Shown: one piece after another, positions 16,631-26,508 of the stretch
Numbering within the stretch: the stretch's first letter is position 1
Layout: every line of letters begins with the position of its first letter
From: Myxococcota bacterium
GTDB taxonomy: Bacteria; Myxococcota_A; Polyangia; Nannocystales; Nannocystaceae
Direction: 5' to 3'
Assembly (NCBI GenBank): GCA_039028615.1
Contig: JBCCHT010000052.1
Location: 28,821 to 92,820, forward strand
Length of the DNA: 64,000 nt
The notes under the pieces: model-generated
Database searches by the model: none
Told to the model about the DNA's origin: nothing
Seen by the model: only the letters and a program-made list of their open reading frames with translations
Made by a program: the position numbers and the translations under genes

Positions 16631-18697
16631 CTAGCCGGGCCCGGTCTCGGCGGCTTCGCCCGCGCCCAGCTCGACCGGGGCTCCGGTCCCGCCCGAGCCT
16701 TCGCCGCCCGAAGCCGCACCACCCGAGCCTTCGCCCGCAGCGCCCGACTCACCCGCGGCCGGCTCGGCGGCGGAATCGGCCGCCTCCTCGTCCTTGGCGG
16801 GCTCCTCGGCGGCCCCGTCGCTCTTGAGCATCTCGTCGAGCGCCTCGCACTCCCAGTCCTCCTTCTTGAGGAGCTTGGACGCGGCCGCCTTCACCTTGGG
16901 GTAGACGTCGGGGCGCAGGCCGTCGACGAGAGCGGCGACCTCGACCACGAACTCGTTGTCGACGCCTTCGTCCTCGAGGTTCTCCCGCCAGGTCGCGAGT
17001 CGCTCGGCGGGCTCGACCTCGTCGTCCATGACGTCCTCGGCCGCGTAGCACAGCGCGTTGATCTGACCGCTGAGCTCGGTCATCTCGGCCATGGTGAACA
17101 CCCGGCCTTCACCGTCGGCCGCGGCTTCGCCTGGCTTCTTGATGTCGGGCCCCTTGGGCGCGCCCGGCTTGATCACCTGGCCGCTCTCGTCGAGCTGGGG
17201 CAGCGGCTCGTAGAAGGGCTTGTCCCGCAGGAAGATGTTGACCGGCCCCAGCGCCACCGTGGGCACGTAGGTCACGATGCCCAAGCCCACGAACATGATC
17301 ATGATGAACGGCACCACCGACTTGATGATCTCCCCCAGCGGCTTGCGGAACACGCTGGAGGCGACGAACAGGTTGATCCCGATCGGCGGGGTCAGGTAGC
17401 CGATCTCGAGGTTGACGATGAAGATCACCGCCAGGTGCACGGGGTCGATGCCGAACTGCTCGGCGATGGGCTTGAGCAGCGGCGCGATGATGAGGATCGC
17501 GGAGATCGAGTCCATCAATGCGCCGACGAGCAGCAGCATGACGTTGATCATCAGCAGGAACTGAAGCGGACCCAGGTTCATCGCCCGGATCTGCTCGACG
17601 GCCATGTCCGGGATCTTCTCCTCGACGAGGAAGTCGTTGAGGGCGAAGGCCAGCACCATGATGATGAGCAGGGTGCCCATCAGCACCGCGGACTCGCTGA
17701 GCACCTTGGGCAGATCCTCGAAGCGAAGCTCGCGGTGAATGGCCAGCTCGACCACGAGCGCATAGATGACGCTGACCGCGGCCGCCTCGGTGGCGGTGAA
17801 GGTGCCGGAGTAGATCCCGCCGAGGATCAGGACCGGCAACATGATCGCCCAAAAGCCGTCGCGGAACCGATGGAACACCTCCATCAGATCGAAGGGCGTG
17901 CGCTCGATCTTGTCGGTGGTGGCGATCCACATGCTGTAGATGGACAGCAGCACCCCGATGAGCACGCCGGGCATGATGCCGGCCATGAACAGCTCACCGA
18001 TGTCGACGCCGCCGACCACGATGGCGAAGACCAGCATCGGGATCGAGGGCGGGATGAGGATGCCGAGGGAGCCCGCGGTGGTCACCAGCCCCATCGAGAA
18101 CCGGCTCTGGTAGCCCGCTTTGGTGAGCGCGGGATACATCATGGTGCCGATGGCGATGACGGTGACCGGGCTACTGCCGCTGATCGCCGCGAAGAAGATG
18201 CAGGCACCGACGGTGGCCACGGCCAGGCCGCCGGGGAGCCAGCCCACCAGCGCCTTGGCAAAGGCCACCAGGCGGTTGGCGATGTCGCCCGCGCTCATGA
18301 TGGCGCCCGAGACGACGAAGAAGGGAATCGCCAGCAGGACGTTCTTCGTCGTGAGGCCGGCCATCTTCTGCGGGAACTTGTCGAACCCGCAGATGACCTC
18401 GGGATCGAGGCTGGTGCACGCCGAGACCTCGTAGAGGCCGGGCTCGCCGTAGAGCATGAAGCACAGCGCCGCGAGCACGCCGATGATCACGAACAGCGGG
18501 GAGCCCAGGATCACCATGGCCACCAACGCAGCGGCGATCATGAGGCCGGCGCCGGCCGGCGCGGTGCTCTCCTCGCCCGCGAGTTCCTCGGAGAGTTCGG
18601 CTGCCTCGGGGCCCGCGTATCCGGTGGCCGCGATGCCGAAGATGACCAGCAGGGTCAGGAAGGACAGCACCCGGACGATTCGGTTCTGAGAGTTCAT
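16631..18697 (-). CDS. dctM: TRAP transporter large permease
   Basis: LLAIPFF, FAAISGSS, GSLGILIPPSIP, FTATEAAAV, GYLTPPIGINLF. Confidence 0.93.
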   Translation of the reverse strand: MNSQNRIVRVLSFLTLLVIFGIAATGYAGPEAAELSEELAGEESTAPAGAGLMIAAALVAMVILGSPLFVIIGVLAALCFMLYGEPGLYEVSACTSLDPEVICGFDKFPQKMAGLTTKNVLLAIPFFVVSGAIMSAGDIANRLVAFAKALVGWLPGGLAVATVGACIFFAAISGSSPVTVIAIGTMMYPALTKAGYQSRFSMGLVTTAGSLGILIPPSIPMLVFAIVVGGVDIGELFMAGIMPGVLIGVLLSIYSMWIATTDKIERTPFDLMEVFHRFRDGFWAIMLPVLILGGIYSGTFTATEAAAVSVIYALVVELAIHRELRFEDLPKVLSESAVLMGTLLIIMVLAFALNDFLVEEKIPDMAVEQIRAMNLGPLQFLLMINVMLLLVGALMDSISAILIIAPLLKPIAEQFGIDPVHLAVIFIVNLEIGYLTPPIGINLFVASSVFRKPLGEIIKSVVPFIMIMFVGLGIVTYVPTVALGPVNIFLRDKPFYEPLPQLDESGQVIKPGAPKGPDIKKPGEAAADGEGRVFTMAEMTELSGQINALCYAAEDVMDDEVEPAERLATWRENLEDEGVDNEFVVEVAALVDGLRPDVYPKVKAAASKLLKKEDWECEALDEMLKSDGAAEEPAKDEEAADSAAEPAAGESGAAGEGSGGAASGGEGSGGTGAPVELGAGEAAETGPG

Positions 18698-19851
18698 TGC
18701 GGCCCCTCCTCGTCGTCCTCGGACAGGTCCCGGGTCTCGTTGCTGCCCAGGTCCAAGCCGTCGACGTCGACGTCTCGGGTGGCGTCACCGTCGGGTGGGT
18801 CGTCTCCGATCGAGCCCGCCGCCCCCGAGGACGCGGCCGGGTTCGAGCGAATCATCCCCGCGATCTCGCCGACGTCGTGCGCGTCGGTGGGCGTATCGCT
18901 GGGCCGAGGGGGACTCGCTCCGCGGGCCTGCTCTTCCATGGCCGAGCGCGAGGTCACCGTGTCGATGTCGCTGGGTCGCTCGTCCGCGACCGGAATGGCC
19001 TGGGTGGCCACCTCGCTGGGAGGCTTGCCGCCCTCTTCGTCGGGCAGGCCGCCCGCCGCCGCCACCGGGTCCATGGGCTCTTCGATCTCGCCCTTGGCCG
19101 CCCCGACCGCCTTCGCCGAGAAGCGAACGCCCATGAAGCCAAAGGCCACGGACAGGGCGGAGAAGCCCAGGTACTTTGGCACGGGCATGCCGAGAAACAG
19201 GCCGCCCTTGCCGTCGGTGTCGATGAACTCGTTGTAGTTGAAGCGAACGTCGCGGATCGACAGCCAGCACAGCATGAAGCAGATGGCAGCGGTCAGCGCG
19301 AACGACAGGAAGCCGATGGCGGGTCGCAGCTTCTCGGGAATCGCCCGTTGCAGGGCCTCGACCCGCAGGTGTCGGTTCTCGTAGGTGCACATCGACGCCC
19401 CCACGAAGCCGACCCACAACGTCAACATCATCGCCAGCGGTTGCGACCAGATGAGCCCGTTGGGCATCAGGGTCAGCATCAGCTGGATGAGGCCGTAGGT
19501 GACGATCACTCCGATGACCGCGGCCACCAACGCGACCGGAGGCTTGACCATGGTCTCGCGCTTCGCGGAGCGAATCCCGAAGTACGCCAGCCAGGTGAAC
19601 ACGACGAACAGGATGATCGGCGAGGCGTCGGCGATGCTCTGGTAGGTGGACGACTCGGGCCCGATCTCGCTACCAAACCATTTGGCGACCTTCGACGCGA
19701 TCATCGCGATCTTGCTGTCGTCGCCCGAAAAGCTCCGGTGCACGACGTCGAGGAAGACCACGATGGCCATCACCACCAAGGAGACGATGACCAGGGTCCG
19801 TTCGGCCCGGTACACCATCCGATCGATTCGCTTGTACGCTGATTCCGCCAC
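18694..19851 (-). CDS. dctQ: TRAP transporter small permease with long acidic C-terminal tail
   Basis: Several TM helices, LWVGFVGASMCTYENRHLRVE motif, 4-bp overlap with dctM; start uncertain (GTG 19851). Confidence 0.85.
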   Translation of the reverse strand: MAESAYKRIDRMVYRAERTLVIVSLVVMAIVVFLDVVHRSFSGDDSKIAMIASKVAKWFGSEIGPESSTYQSIADASPIILFVVFTWLAYFGIRSAKRETMVKPPVALVAAVIGVIVTYGLIQLMLTLMPNGLIWSQPLAMMLTLWVGFVGASMCTYENRHLRVEALQRAIPEKLRPAIGFLSFALTAAICFMLCWLSIRDVRFNYNEFIDTDGKGGLFLGMPVPKYLGFSALSVAFGFMGVRFSAKAVGAAKGEIEEPMDPVAAAGGLPDEEGGKPPSEVATQAIPVADERPSDIDTVTSRSAMEEQARGASPPRPSDTPTDAHDVGEIAGMIRSNPAASSGAAGSIGDDPPDGDATRDVDVDGLDLGSNETRDLSEDDEEGPQ

Positions 19852-19954
19852 CGACGAGGCGCATCGTAGCGCAAACCCGCGCTCTTCGAAAACACGAAGG
19901 GCGGCGGTCGTCGGCTGACGACCCCGCCCTCTCGGCCTGACGCGCGACGCCGCG

Positions 19955-20983
19955 CTACAGGGCGCCCTTGATCTTGTCGAACAGGGCCTTGCCCTCGGCG
20001 CTCGCCGTGTCGCGAAACTTGTCGTGGACCTCGCCGGCACGCGAAGCGAATGCGGCCCGCTCCGAACCACTCAGCTTGATCAGCTCGATTCCGGCATCGA
20101 CGACGTTCTGGATGAGCAGGTCGCCGATGGCCCGAACGCCGCGGCGTCCCTTCTTGGACAGCTTGGCGGGATCACCCATGACGATGGTCTGGAGATCGGC
20201 CGGCAGCGTCTCCCAGAACTTGCGCGACAGCACCACCAGGCCGGGCTGGTAGATGTGCTTGGTCAGCGTGAAGTGGGTGATGGACTGGTACCAGGACGCC
20301 GCGAAGGTGAACAGCGGCGTATTGTCGAAGCCATCGACGACGCCGGTCTGGAGGCTCGACAGTACCTCGGTGACCGCGATGGGCACGGGCGAAGCACCGA
20401 ATGCGCGCCACGTGTTCAGCTGAACGTCGGACTCCTGGGAGCGCATCTTCTTGCCCTTGAGGTCGCCCGGGCTGTGGATGGGGAAGTTCGACCCCATCGA
20501 GCGATAGCCGTTCTCCGAGAAGAACCACAGCTTGTAGCCGCGATCCCAAAGGAGGCGATCGAGGTCGTCGCGGACGACGTCGTCGAGGATGTGGTCGGCC
20601 TTCTTCTCGTTGTCGAAGAGGAAGGGCAGCTCGAGCACGTTGAGCTCGGGCACCGCCGAGGCCAGGGCACCCGCCGTGCCACCGAACACCTGAAGGGAGC
20701 CGCGCTTGGTGCTCTCGGCAGTGGAGATCTCGTCACCGAGGGCGCCGCCCAGGTAGGTCTTGACCTTGATCCGACCTTCGCTCTCCTTCTTGATCCTCCG
20801 CTTGATCCGCTTCATCTGGTCCGCCCAGGGGGTTCCCGGGGGAGCGACGGTGGCGAGCTTCATGACGTGCTCGGGCTCGTCGGCGAAGGCCTTGCCTCCG
20901 ATGAAGAAGGTCGAGGCAGCCGCAGCCGTGGTGCCTTGAACGAAGCGGCGACGGGTCGTGGAAGTCTTGGAACGCTGGGTCAT
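19955..20983 (-). CDS. dctP: TRAP substrate-binding protein (DctP/TatP) with twin-arginine signal
   Basis: TRRRFVQG Tat signal; KLATVAPPGTPW, LELPFLF, DLKGKKMR, LQTGVVDGFDN. Confidence 0.92.
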   Translation of the reverse strand: MTQRSKTSTTRRRFVQGTTAAAASTFFIGGKAFADEPEHVMKLATVAPPGTPWADQMKRIKRRIKKESEGRIKVKTYLGGALGDEISTAESTKRGSLQVFGGTAGALASAVPELNVLELPFLFDNEKKADHILDDVVRDDLDRLLWDRGYKLWFFSENGYRSMGSNFPIHSPGDLKGKKMRSQESDVQLNTWRAFGASPVPIAVTEVLSSLQTGVVDGFDNTPLFTFAASWYQSITHFTLTKHIYQPGLVVLSRKFWETLPADLQTIVMGDPAKLSKKGRRGVRAIGDLLIQNVVDAGIELIKLSGSERAAFASRAGEVHDKFRDTASAEGKALFDKIKGAL

Positions 20984-21346
20984 CGGATTTCGCAGCTCCT
21001 CTAGGCGAGAGCGGGACGGTCGTTTGCAGGCGACGAAAAGATGTAGGACGGGGAAGGCGGGTGTGTGTGCCCTTTCAAAGACCCCCCCGAGTCCGTTGCG
21101 CCCCTTGGGACGCCGGTGCAGGCCCCGAGCTTCAATCTCGGGGCACTGATTGAAACGCCCAACGACCCCCAGAAGCAAGCTCAAACCCGGCCAACTCGCG
21201 AATTAACCTAGAGTTTTCGAGCCGGCTGCGTTCGATCCGCGATCGCTCACATTTCGAACGCAACGACGGGCTCGAACCATGAACCGGCTCGAACCCGTCG
21301 CTCGCCGTAAGTGTTTTACTTACGCACTTCGCTCGTTATCGAACGC

Positions 21347-22231
21347 CTAGAAGAGGTCGTCCTTCTCGGCGAGCAACTCTTTGGCCTTGGCCTTCTCCAC
21401 GATCGTCTCGGGGACGAGTTCGGGGATGGCGTCGTCGGGTGCAGCCAGAACCTCGTTGAGAAGCTTGTCGAAGGTGTCCTCGTCCTGCTGCTTCACGGCG
21501 AGCTCGGCCGCCCACAGGACCTTGGTGCCGAGGTAGTTGGCCTCGAGCTCCAGCGACTTGTTGAAGTGGACCTTGGACTTGTCGAGATCGCCGCCGGCGA
21601 AGGCAGGCGCGATGGCGTAGTACGCCCCGAAGTATCGGTGGGGACCGCCATAGAAGAAACCGGGATCGAGCTCGAGGCAGCGATCCATGGTGGCCTTGAC
21701 GTTGTCCTTCTGACCGAGCAGGACGGCGAAGCCCTTCTTCTTGGCCCACTTGCCCAGTGCCGCGGCGTACCAATACATCGCGGGGACACCCTCTTTGGGC
21801 ACCACCTTGACCGCTTCGGGGATCTTTCCGCCGTCGCGCATCTTGGCCTCGAAGTCGGGGGAGGCGGCGACCATTGCCCGCTCGCCCCACTTGACCGCCT
21901 TGTCCATGGCGTCGAGGTACTCCTTCTCCTGCTCCTTGCCACGAAGGTAGCCGTCGGCGAGGAAGTAGTAGCCGCGGGTGAGCTTGACGGTGAGGTCGAG
22001 ATTGCCGGGGTTGGCTTCGGCGGCCTTTTCCCACTCGGTGAGCGCGGCCTTGACGGAAGCCGGATCGGTCCGCTTCTCCCAGTGCGCGTCACCGGCCGCA
22101 GACACGCCATCAGCTGTCGCCGAGGCCGTGTTCGTGGTCTTGCCGGGGTCTTCTTTCCAAACCGCCTTGCGCCCGGCACAGCCGCAGGGCACGAGGATCG
22201 CGAGCGCCAACACGAGGTGCTTGTTCACCAT
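21347..22231 (-). CDS. tatT: TRAP transporter TatT component (TPR-like lipoprotein)
   Basis: Lipobox-like LVPCGC; helical repeats, ELDPGFFYGGPHRYFGAYY..P.FAGGD; lies directly upstream of dctPQM. Confidence 0.78.
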   Translation of the reverse strand: MVNKHLVLALAILVPCGCAGRKAVWKEDPGKTTNTASATADGVSAAGDAHWEKRTDPASVKAALTEWEKAAEANPGNLDLTVKLTRGYYFLADGYLRGKEQEKEYLDAMDKAVKWGERAMVAASPDFEAKMRDGGKIPEAVKVVPKEGVPAMYWYAAALGKWAKKKGFAVLLGQKDNVKATMDRCLELDPGFFYGGPHRYFGAYYAIAPAFAGGDLDKSKVHFNKSLELEANYLGTKVLWAAELAVKQQDEDTFDKLLNEVLAAPDDAIPELVPETIVEKAKAKELLAEKDDLF

Positions 22232-22402
22232 CTTCCGCTTCCTGAATCGATGTTTGCCACGAGCCCGGGTGGATTCGCACCGCGACCGTGGCTTCGGTGC
22301 GAAATACACCGGCGCCCACACGGGCGTCAAACCGCCCCGAACCGGGCCTGACCGTCCTCACGACCTTGCGCCCGTCGAACCATAGGGAGCAAGCTCGCGC
22401 GC

Positions 22403-23683
22403 ATGGCACGGAGGGTCGAGACCTGGTTGGCTCGTGCGTCGCCAGCTGCGTTTTCCACCTACGCAATCGTCGCCGCGTTCGTCGCGTATTTTTGCATGTA
22501 CGGCTTCCGAAAGCCGTTCGCCGCCGCAACGTTCTCCGGTGAAGGCCTGTGGGGCCTCGACCTCAAGACCACGTTGGTCCTCGGCCAGGTCGTCGGCTAC
22601 ACGATATCCAAGTTCCTCGGCGTCAAGCTGGTCACCGAGCTGCCGTCGCATCGCCGAGCCATCGTCTTGGTGGGGCTCATCGGCACGGCCGAGCTGGCCC
22701 TCGCCGCCTTCGGGGCGCTGCCGCCGTGGCTCAAGCCGCTGGCCATCTTCTGTAATGGGCTGCCGCTGGGCGCGGTCTGGGGCCTGGTGTTCGGCTTCCT
22801 CGAGGGGCGTCGAACCTCGGAGATCCTGGGCGCGGGCTTGAGTGCCTCGTACATCGTGGCCAGCGGCGCGGTGAAATCGGTGGGGGCGTGGCTGTTGAAC
22901 ACGGGCGTGACCGAAGCCTGGATGCCCTTCGTCACCGGGCTGCTGTTTCTGCCGCCGTTTTTCCTCGCGGTCTGGATGCTCTCGCAACTACCGCCGCCCG
23001 CGGCCGAAGACATCGCCGCGCGAACCCAACGCGAGCCGATGACCGGCGCGGCGCGGCGCGAGTTCTTCGGGCGCTTCGCCACCGGCCTCATCGCCTTGGT
23101 TGCGCTGTACACCTTGCTGACCGCGTACCGTGATTTCCGGGACAACTTCGCGGCCGAAATCTGGGCGGCGGTGGGGCACCCCAAGGCGGCGGCGCTGTTC
23201 ACCATCACCGAGATCCCGGTCGCGTGCGCGGTGCTGCTCGGCCTCGCCCTGCTCTATCGCGTTCGCGACAATCGCCGCGCGTTCTTTGCCGTGCACGGAG
23301 TGATGGCCGGCGGCGCCGTCCTGATCGGCGTGGCCACGCTGCTGTTCGACTCGGGCGTGCTGTCGGCCGCGGTGTGGATGGTGCTCGTCGGCACGGGCCT
23401 GTACCTGGCGTACGTGCCCTACGGCTGCATGCTCTTCGATCGATTGATCGCAGCGACGGGCGCGGCGGGGACGGCCGTGTTCATGATCTACGTGACGGAC
23501 GCCTTCGGGTACGCCGGCTCGATCGGCGTGCTGCTGTACAAGCTCTTCGGCCAGCCCGATCTGTCGTGGCTGGAGTTCTTCCGCAGCTTTTCCTACGTGA
23601 CGAGTGTGGTGTGTACGGCCGCGTTCGGGGTCAGTGCGTGGTACTTCGGCCGCCGCATGCCGCGGCCCGACGCCTCGTGCTAG
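22403..23683 (+). CDS. DUF5690-family MFS-like membrane protein
   Basis: YFCMYGFRKPF, GYTISKFLG, FLEGRRTSE, RDFRDNF, DAFGYAGS; about 12 TM helices. Confidence 0.8.
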   Translation: MARRVETWLARASPAAFSTYAIVAAFVAYFCMYGFRKPFAAATFSGEGLWGLDLKTTLVLGQVVGYTISKFLGVKLVTELPSHRRAIVLVGLIGTAELALAAFGALPPWLKPLAIFCNGLPLGAVWGLVFGFLEGRRTSEILGAGLSASYIVASGAVKSVGAWLLNTGVTEAWMPFVTGLLFLPPFFLAVWMLSQLPPPAAEDIAARTQREPMTGAARREFFGRFATGLIALVALYTLLTAYRDFRDNFAAEIWAAVGHPKAAALFTITEIPVACAVLLGLALLYRVRDNRRAFFAVHGVMAGGAVLIGVATLLFDSGVLSAAVWMVLVGTGLYLAYVPYGCMLFDRLIAATGAAGTAVFMIYVTDAFGYAGSIGVLLYKLFGQPDLSWLEFFRSFSYVTSVVCTAAFGVSAWYFGRRMPRPDASC

Positions 23684-23702
23684 AACGTCGCGCGAGTCGG
23701 CC

Positions 23703-24383
23703 ATGCCCCTGAGTCCCGGAATCCACTGGTTTTCGCCCACCCTGCCGCTGCACGTCTTCGACGCGGACAAACCCGGTCCCACCGCGCTCATTCAGGCGGG
23801 CATCCACGGCGACGAGGTTGCGGGCGTGCACGCTCTGGCCGAGCTGCTCGAAGAAGAGATTCGCCCCACCCACGGCCGACTGATCGTGGTGCCGGTGATG
23901 AACCCGCCCGCGTACCGGGCTCGCGAGCGCAAGCCTCCAGGCGGGCTCGATCTCAACCGCTGCTTCCCCGGCGACGCCGATGCGCCCGAGCGCGAGTATC
24001 GACTCGCGCGTCGCTTCATGGATCTGGTGCTCGACGAGAAGCCCGCGCTCGTCACCACGCTGCACGAGAGCCACAAGCGCTACGACCCGAAGGTCACACC
24101 ATCCTTCGGTCAGACGATCGTCTATGGCGTCGAGCCCATGCCCGAGATCGTCGGGCGCGTGCTCGCACGATTGAACGAGCGCTTCACCGGCGACAACGAG
24201 CACTTCGATCCGCAGTACTACCCGGTCGCGACTTCGTCCACCGAGGTCATCGTCGACGCGGTCGGTTGCATCGGCCTGTGCATCGAGACGTGGATGGGCT
24301 TCGAAGAGGCGCGCAGAATCGAGATGCAACGCGCGGTCGTCGAGTACCTGCTCGACGATATCGGCGTTCGTAAGCTCGACTGA
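23703..24383 (+). CDS. Succinylglutamate desuccinylase / aspartoacylase family (M14-like) hydrolase
   Basis: GIHGDE, DLNRCFPG and TLHES zinc-binding motifs. Confidence 0.85.
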   Translation: MPLSPGIHWFSPTLPLHVFDADKPGPTALIQAGIHGDEVAGVHALAELLEEEIRPTHGRLIVVPVMNPPAYRARERKPPGGLDLNRCFPGDADAPEREYRLARRFMDLVLDEKPALVTTLHESHKRYDPKVTPSFGQTIVYGVEPMPEIVGRVLARLNERFTGDNEHFDPQYYPVATSSTEVIVDAVGCIGLCIETWMGFEEARRIEMQRAVVEYLLDDIGVRKLD

Positions 24384-24460
24384 GCGAGCGTCCTACACCG
24401 GGCCCGACGATCCCCGCGACACACGGCTCACCTCGCGCTACCATTGTGCGCGTCGGTCCA

Positions 24461-24676
24461 ATGGGTGAAGTCATCAACTTGGCGAACGCGCGCAAGCGCA
24501 AGCAACGGGAAGCCCGCAAGCGGCAGGCCGATGCCAACGCGCTGGCGCACGGCCGCACCAAGAACGAGAAACTCCGCGACCGACTCGAGCGGGCCCACCG
24601 CGAAGCGGTCCTCGACGGCGCCCGCGTCGAAGAAAACGACGGCGGCAACGACGACGAGCCGCCCGCCGAGACCTGA
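24461..24676 (+). CDS. DUF4169-family small basic protein
   Basis: MGEVINL..ARK...A.AN...HGRTK.EK pattern. Confidence 0.8.
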   Translation: MGEVINLANARKRKQREARKRQADANALAHGRTKNEKLRDRLERAHREAVLDGARVEENDGGNDDEPPAET

Positions 24677-24715
24677 ACGAACCCTGCCGCGGAGAAAATT
24701 CCGAGCATCGCCGCT

Positions 24716-25495
24716 ATGCTTGCGCCGATGTCCATGGCTTTTGCTCTGCGCGCCCCCCTATTCGTGTCGGTGATCGGCACGGCCCTCTTGCTCGGTGGCT
24801 GTCCCGGCGACGACTCCGGTGAGACGACCGCGGCTGGCAGCTCCAGCACCGCGTCGACGCCCGCGACCTCCGACGGCGGCTCGACCGGCGAGGCGGAGGA
24901 CTCCAGCGGGACCCCCCAGCCCACCACCGACGATCCGACGACCAGCGCGGGCTCCTCGGAAGAGGGTGACACCACGGCGGCCACGACCGAGGGCGACGGC
25001 AACAGCGTCATCATGGAGACCTCGCTGGGCACGCTGGTGATCGAGCTGGCGCCCGAAGAGGCGCCGGTCACCGTGGCCAACTTCCTGGCCTATGTCGACG
25101 CTGGCTTCTACGACGGCACCGATGGCATGGAGCCCACCATCTTCCATCGCATCGTGCCCGGCTTCGTGATCCAGGGCGGCGGCCTCACCGAGACCCTCGC
25201 CAACAAGCCGACCATGCCGCCCATCGTCAACGAGTTCGGCAACGGCCTGCTCAACGATCGGGGCACGCTGTCGATGGCCCGCACCATGGATCCGGACAGC
25301 GCCACCTCGCAGTTTTTCATCAACCTGGTGGACAACGATGGCCTCGACGTCCCGCCGGGCTACGCCGTGTTCGGGCGCGTGACCGAGGGCCTGGACATCG
25401 TCGATGCGATCGCCGCAGTCGAGACCACGGACATGCCGCCGTACCAGGGCGTGCCCGTCGTGCCCGTGATCATTCTTTCGGCCACCGTGCAGTAA
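24716..25495 (+). CDS. Cyclophilin-type peptidyl-prolyl isomerase lipoprotein
   Basis: Lipobox LLGGC, Thr/Ser linker, APVTVANFL, FHRIVPGFVIQGGG, SMART, SATSQFFIN, YAVFG; exact start uncertain. Confidence 0.92.
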   Translation: MLAPMSMAFALRAPLFVSVIGTALLLGGCPGDDSGETTAAGSSSTASTPATSDGGSTGEAEDSSGTPQPTTDDPTTSAGSSEEGDTTAATTEGDGNSVIMETSLGTLVIELAPEEAPVTVANFLAYVDAGFYDGTDGMEPTIFHRIVPGFVIQGGGLTETLANKPTMPPIVNEFGNGLLNDRGTLSMARTMDPDSATSQFFINLVDNDGLDVPPGYAVFGRVTEGLDIVDAIAAVETTDMPPYQGVPVVPVIILSATVQ

Positions 25496-25608
25496 GCGCA
25501 GCGGTTGCCGCGCAGGCTCTGAAGAACCGCGGGGCGGGGCTTCGGAGCCGTGTTCTGGCTCGTTTGCAACCGAGTCGGGCTGCGGTACACCTGCTCACGG
25601 GACCCGGC

Positions 25609-26199
25609 ATGGACGCAGCATCGACCGCATCGACCGCATCGAGCATTCCTCGTGCCCCTGTCGCCCATCCGCTGGTGCAGCGGGCGGACGAAATCTTCGC
25701 CCGCACCAGTCCCTACGACGGCGTCGGCTTCGTCAACCACTGCCGCCGCCTGTTCCACTTCACCGCATCGTTGATGGAGCTGCGCGGCGTCGACTTCGAC
25801 CCCGCCCTCGCCTACTTCATCGCGATGGTGCACGACCTCGGCATCGTGTCCGAGCAGGACCAGGGCAAGAACTACCTGCGCCGCAGCCTGGCCCTGTTCC
25901 ACCGCGAGACGGCGGAGCTGTCGCTGCCCGACGCCGACCCCGAGGTCATCGAGCAGTGCCTGGTCTACAACCACCGCGTGCTGCCCGTGCCCGGCCTCAG
26001 CGACGCCGCCGAGTGCTTCCGCAACGCGGTGATGATGGAGCATAGCCACGGGCTGCTGCGCTTCGGCCTCGACAAGCAGCAGATCAAGCCCGTGTTCGCC
26101 GAGTACCCCCGAGGCAACTTCGACCGCGTGCTGCTGGACTTCACGTGGCGAACCATCTCCCGCGAGCCGCTGACGCTGGTCCGCGGGATTTTCCTCTGA
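25609..26199 (+). CDS. HD-domain-like metal-dependent phosphohydrolase
   Basis: NHCRRL...MVHDLG...NH spacing typical of HD proteins. Confidence 0.6.
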   Translation: MDAASTASTASSIPRAPVAHPLVQRADEIFARTSPYDGVGFVNHCRRLFHFTASLMELRGVDFDPALAYFIAMVHDLGIVSEQDQGKNYLRRSLALFHRETAELSLPDADPEVIEQCLVYNHRVLPVPGLSDAAECFRNAVMMEHSHGLLRFGLDKQQIKPVFAEYPRGNFDRVLLDFTWRTISREPLTLVRGIFL

Positions 26200-26216
26200 G
26201 CGTGGAAAGACAACCC

Positions 26217-26492
26217 ATGGACGATCGCACTCGAGTGGAGATCGAGGCGGCGGCCTTTCGCCGCCTCGTCGAGCACCTGCAATCCCGCACGGACGTGCAG
26301 AACATCGACTTGATGAACCTGGCCGGGTTCTGCCGCAACTGCCTGAGCAAGTGGTACCGCGCCGAGGCCGAAGAGCACGGCGAGGCCATGGAGCTCGAGC
26401 AAGCGCGCGAGCGGGTCTACGGCATGCCCTACGCGGACTGGAAGGCCAAGCACCAGACGGGCCCCAAGGTCGACCTGCCTCCCAAGGCCTGA
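26217..26492 (+). CDS. DUF1244-family protein
   Basis: EIEAAAFRRL..HL..RTDVQNIDLMNLAGFCRNCLSKWY...YGMPY..WK..HQ. Confidence 0.9.
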   Translation: MDDRTRVEIEAAAFRRLVEHLQSRTDVQNIDLMNLAGFCRNCLSKWYRAEAEEHGEAMELEQARERVYGMPYADWKAKHQTGPKVDLPPKA

Positions 26493-26508
26493 GACGCGAG
26501 CGCTTCCG

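Noticed and set aside
21185..21346. Riboswitch or sRNA between tatT and dctP
   Set aside because: Only one imperfect hairpin (21264-21300) is evident, consistent with a terminator or processing stem; no recognisable aptamer
25618..25646. GCATCGACC tandem repeat as a regulatory or phase-variable site
   Set aside because: 9-bp in-frame unit encoding ASTASTAS at a protein N-terminus; no frameshift potential
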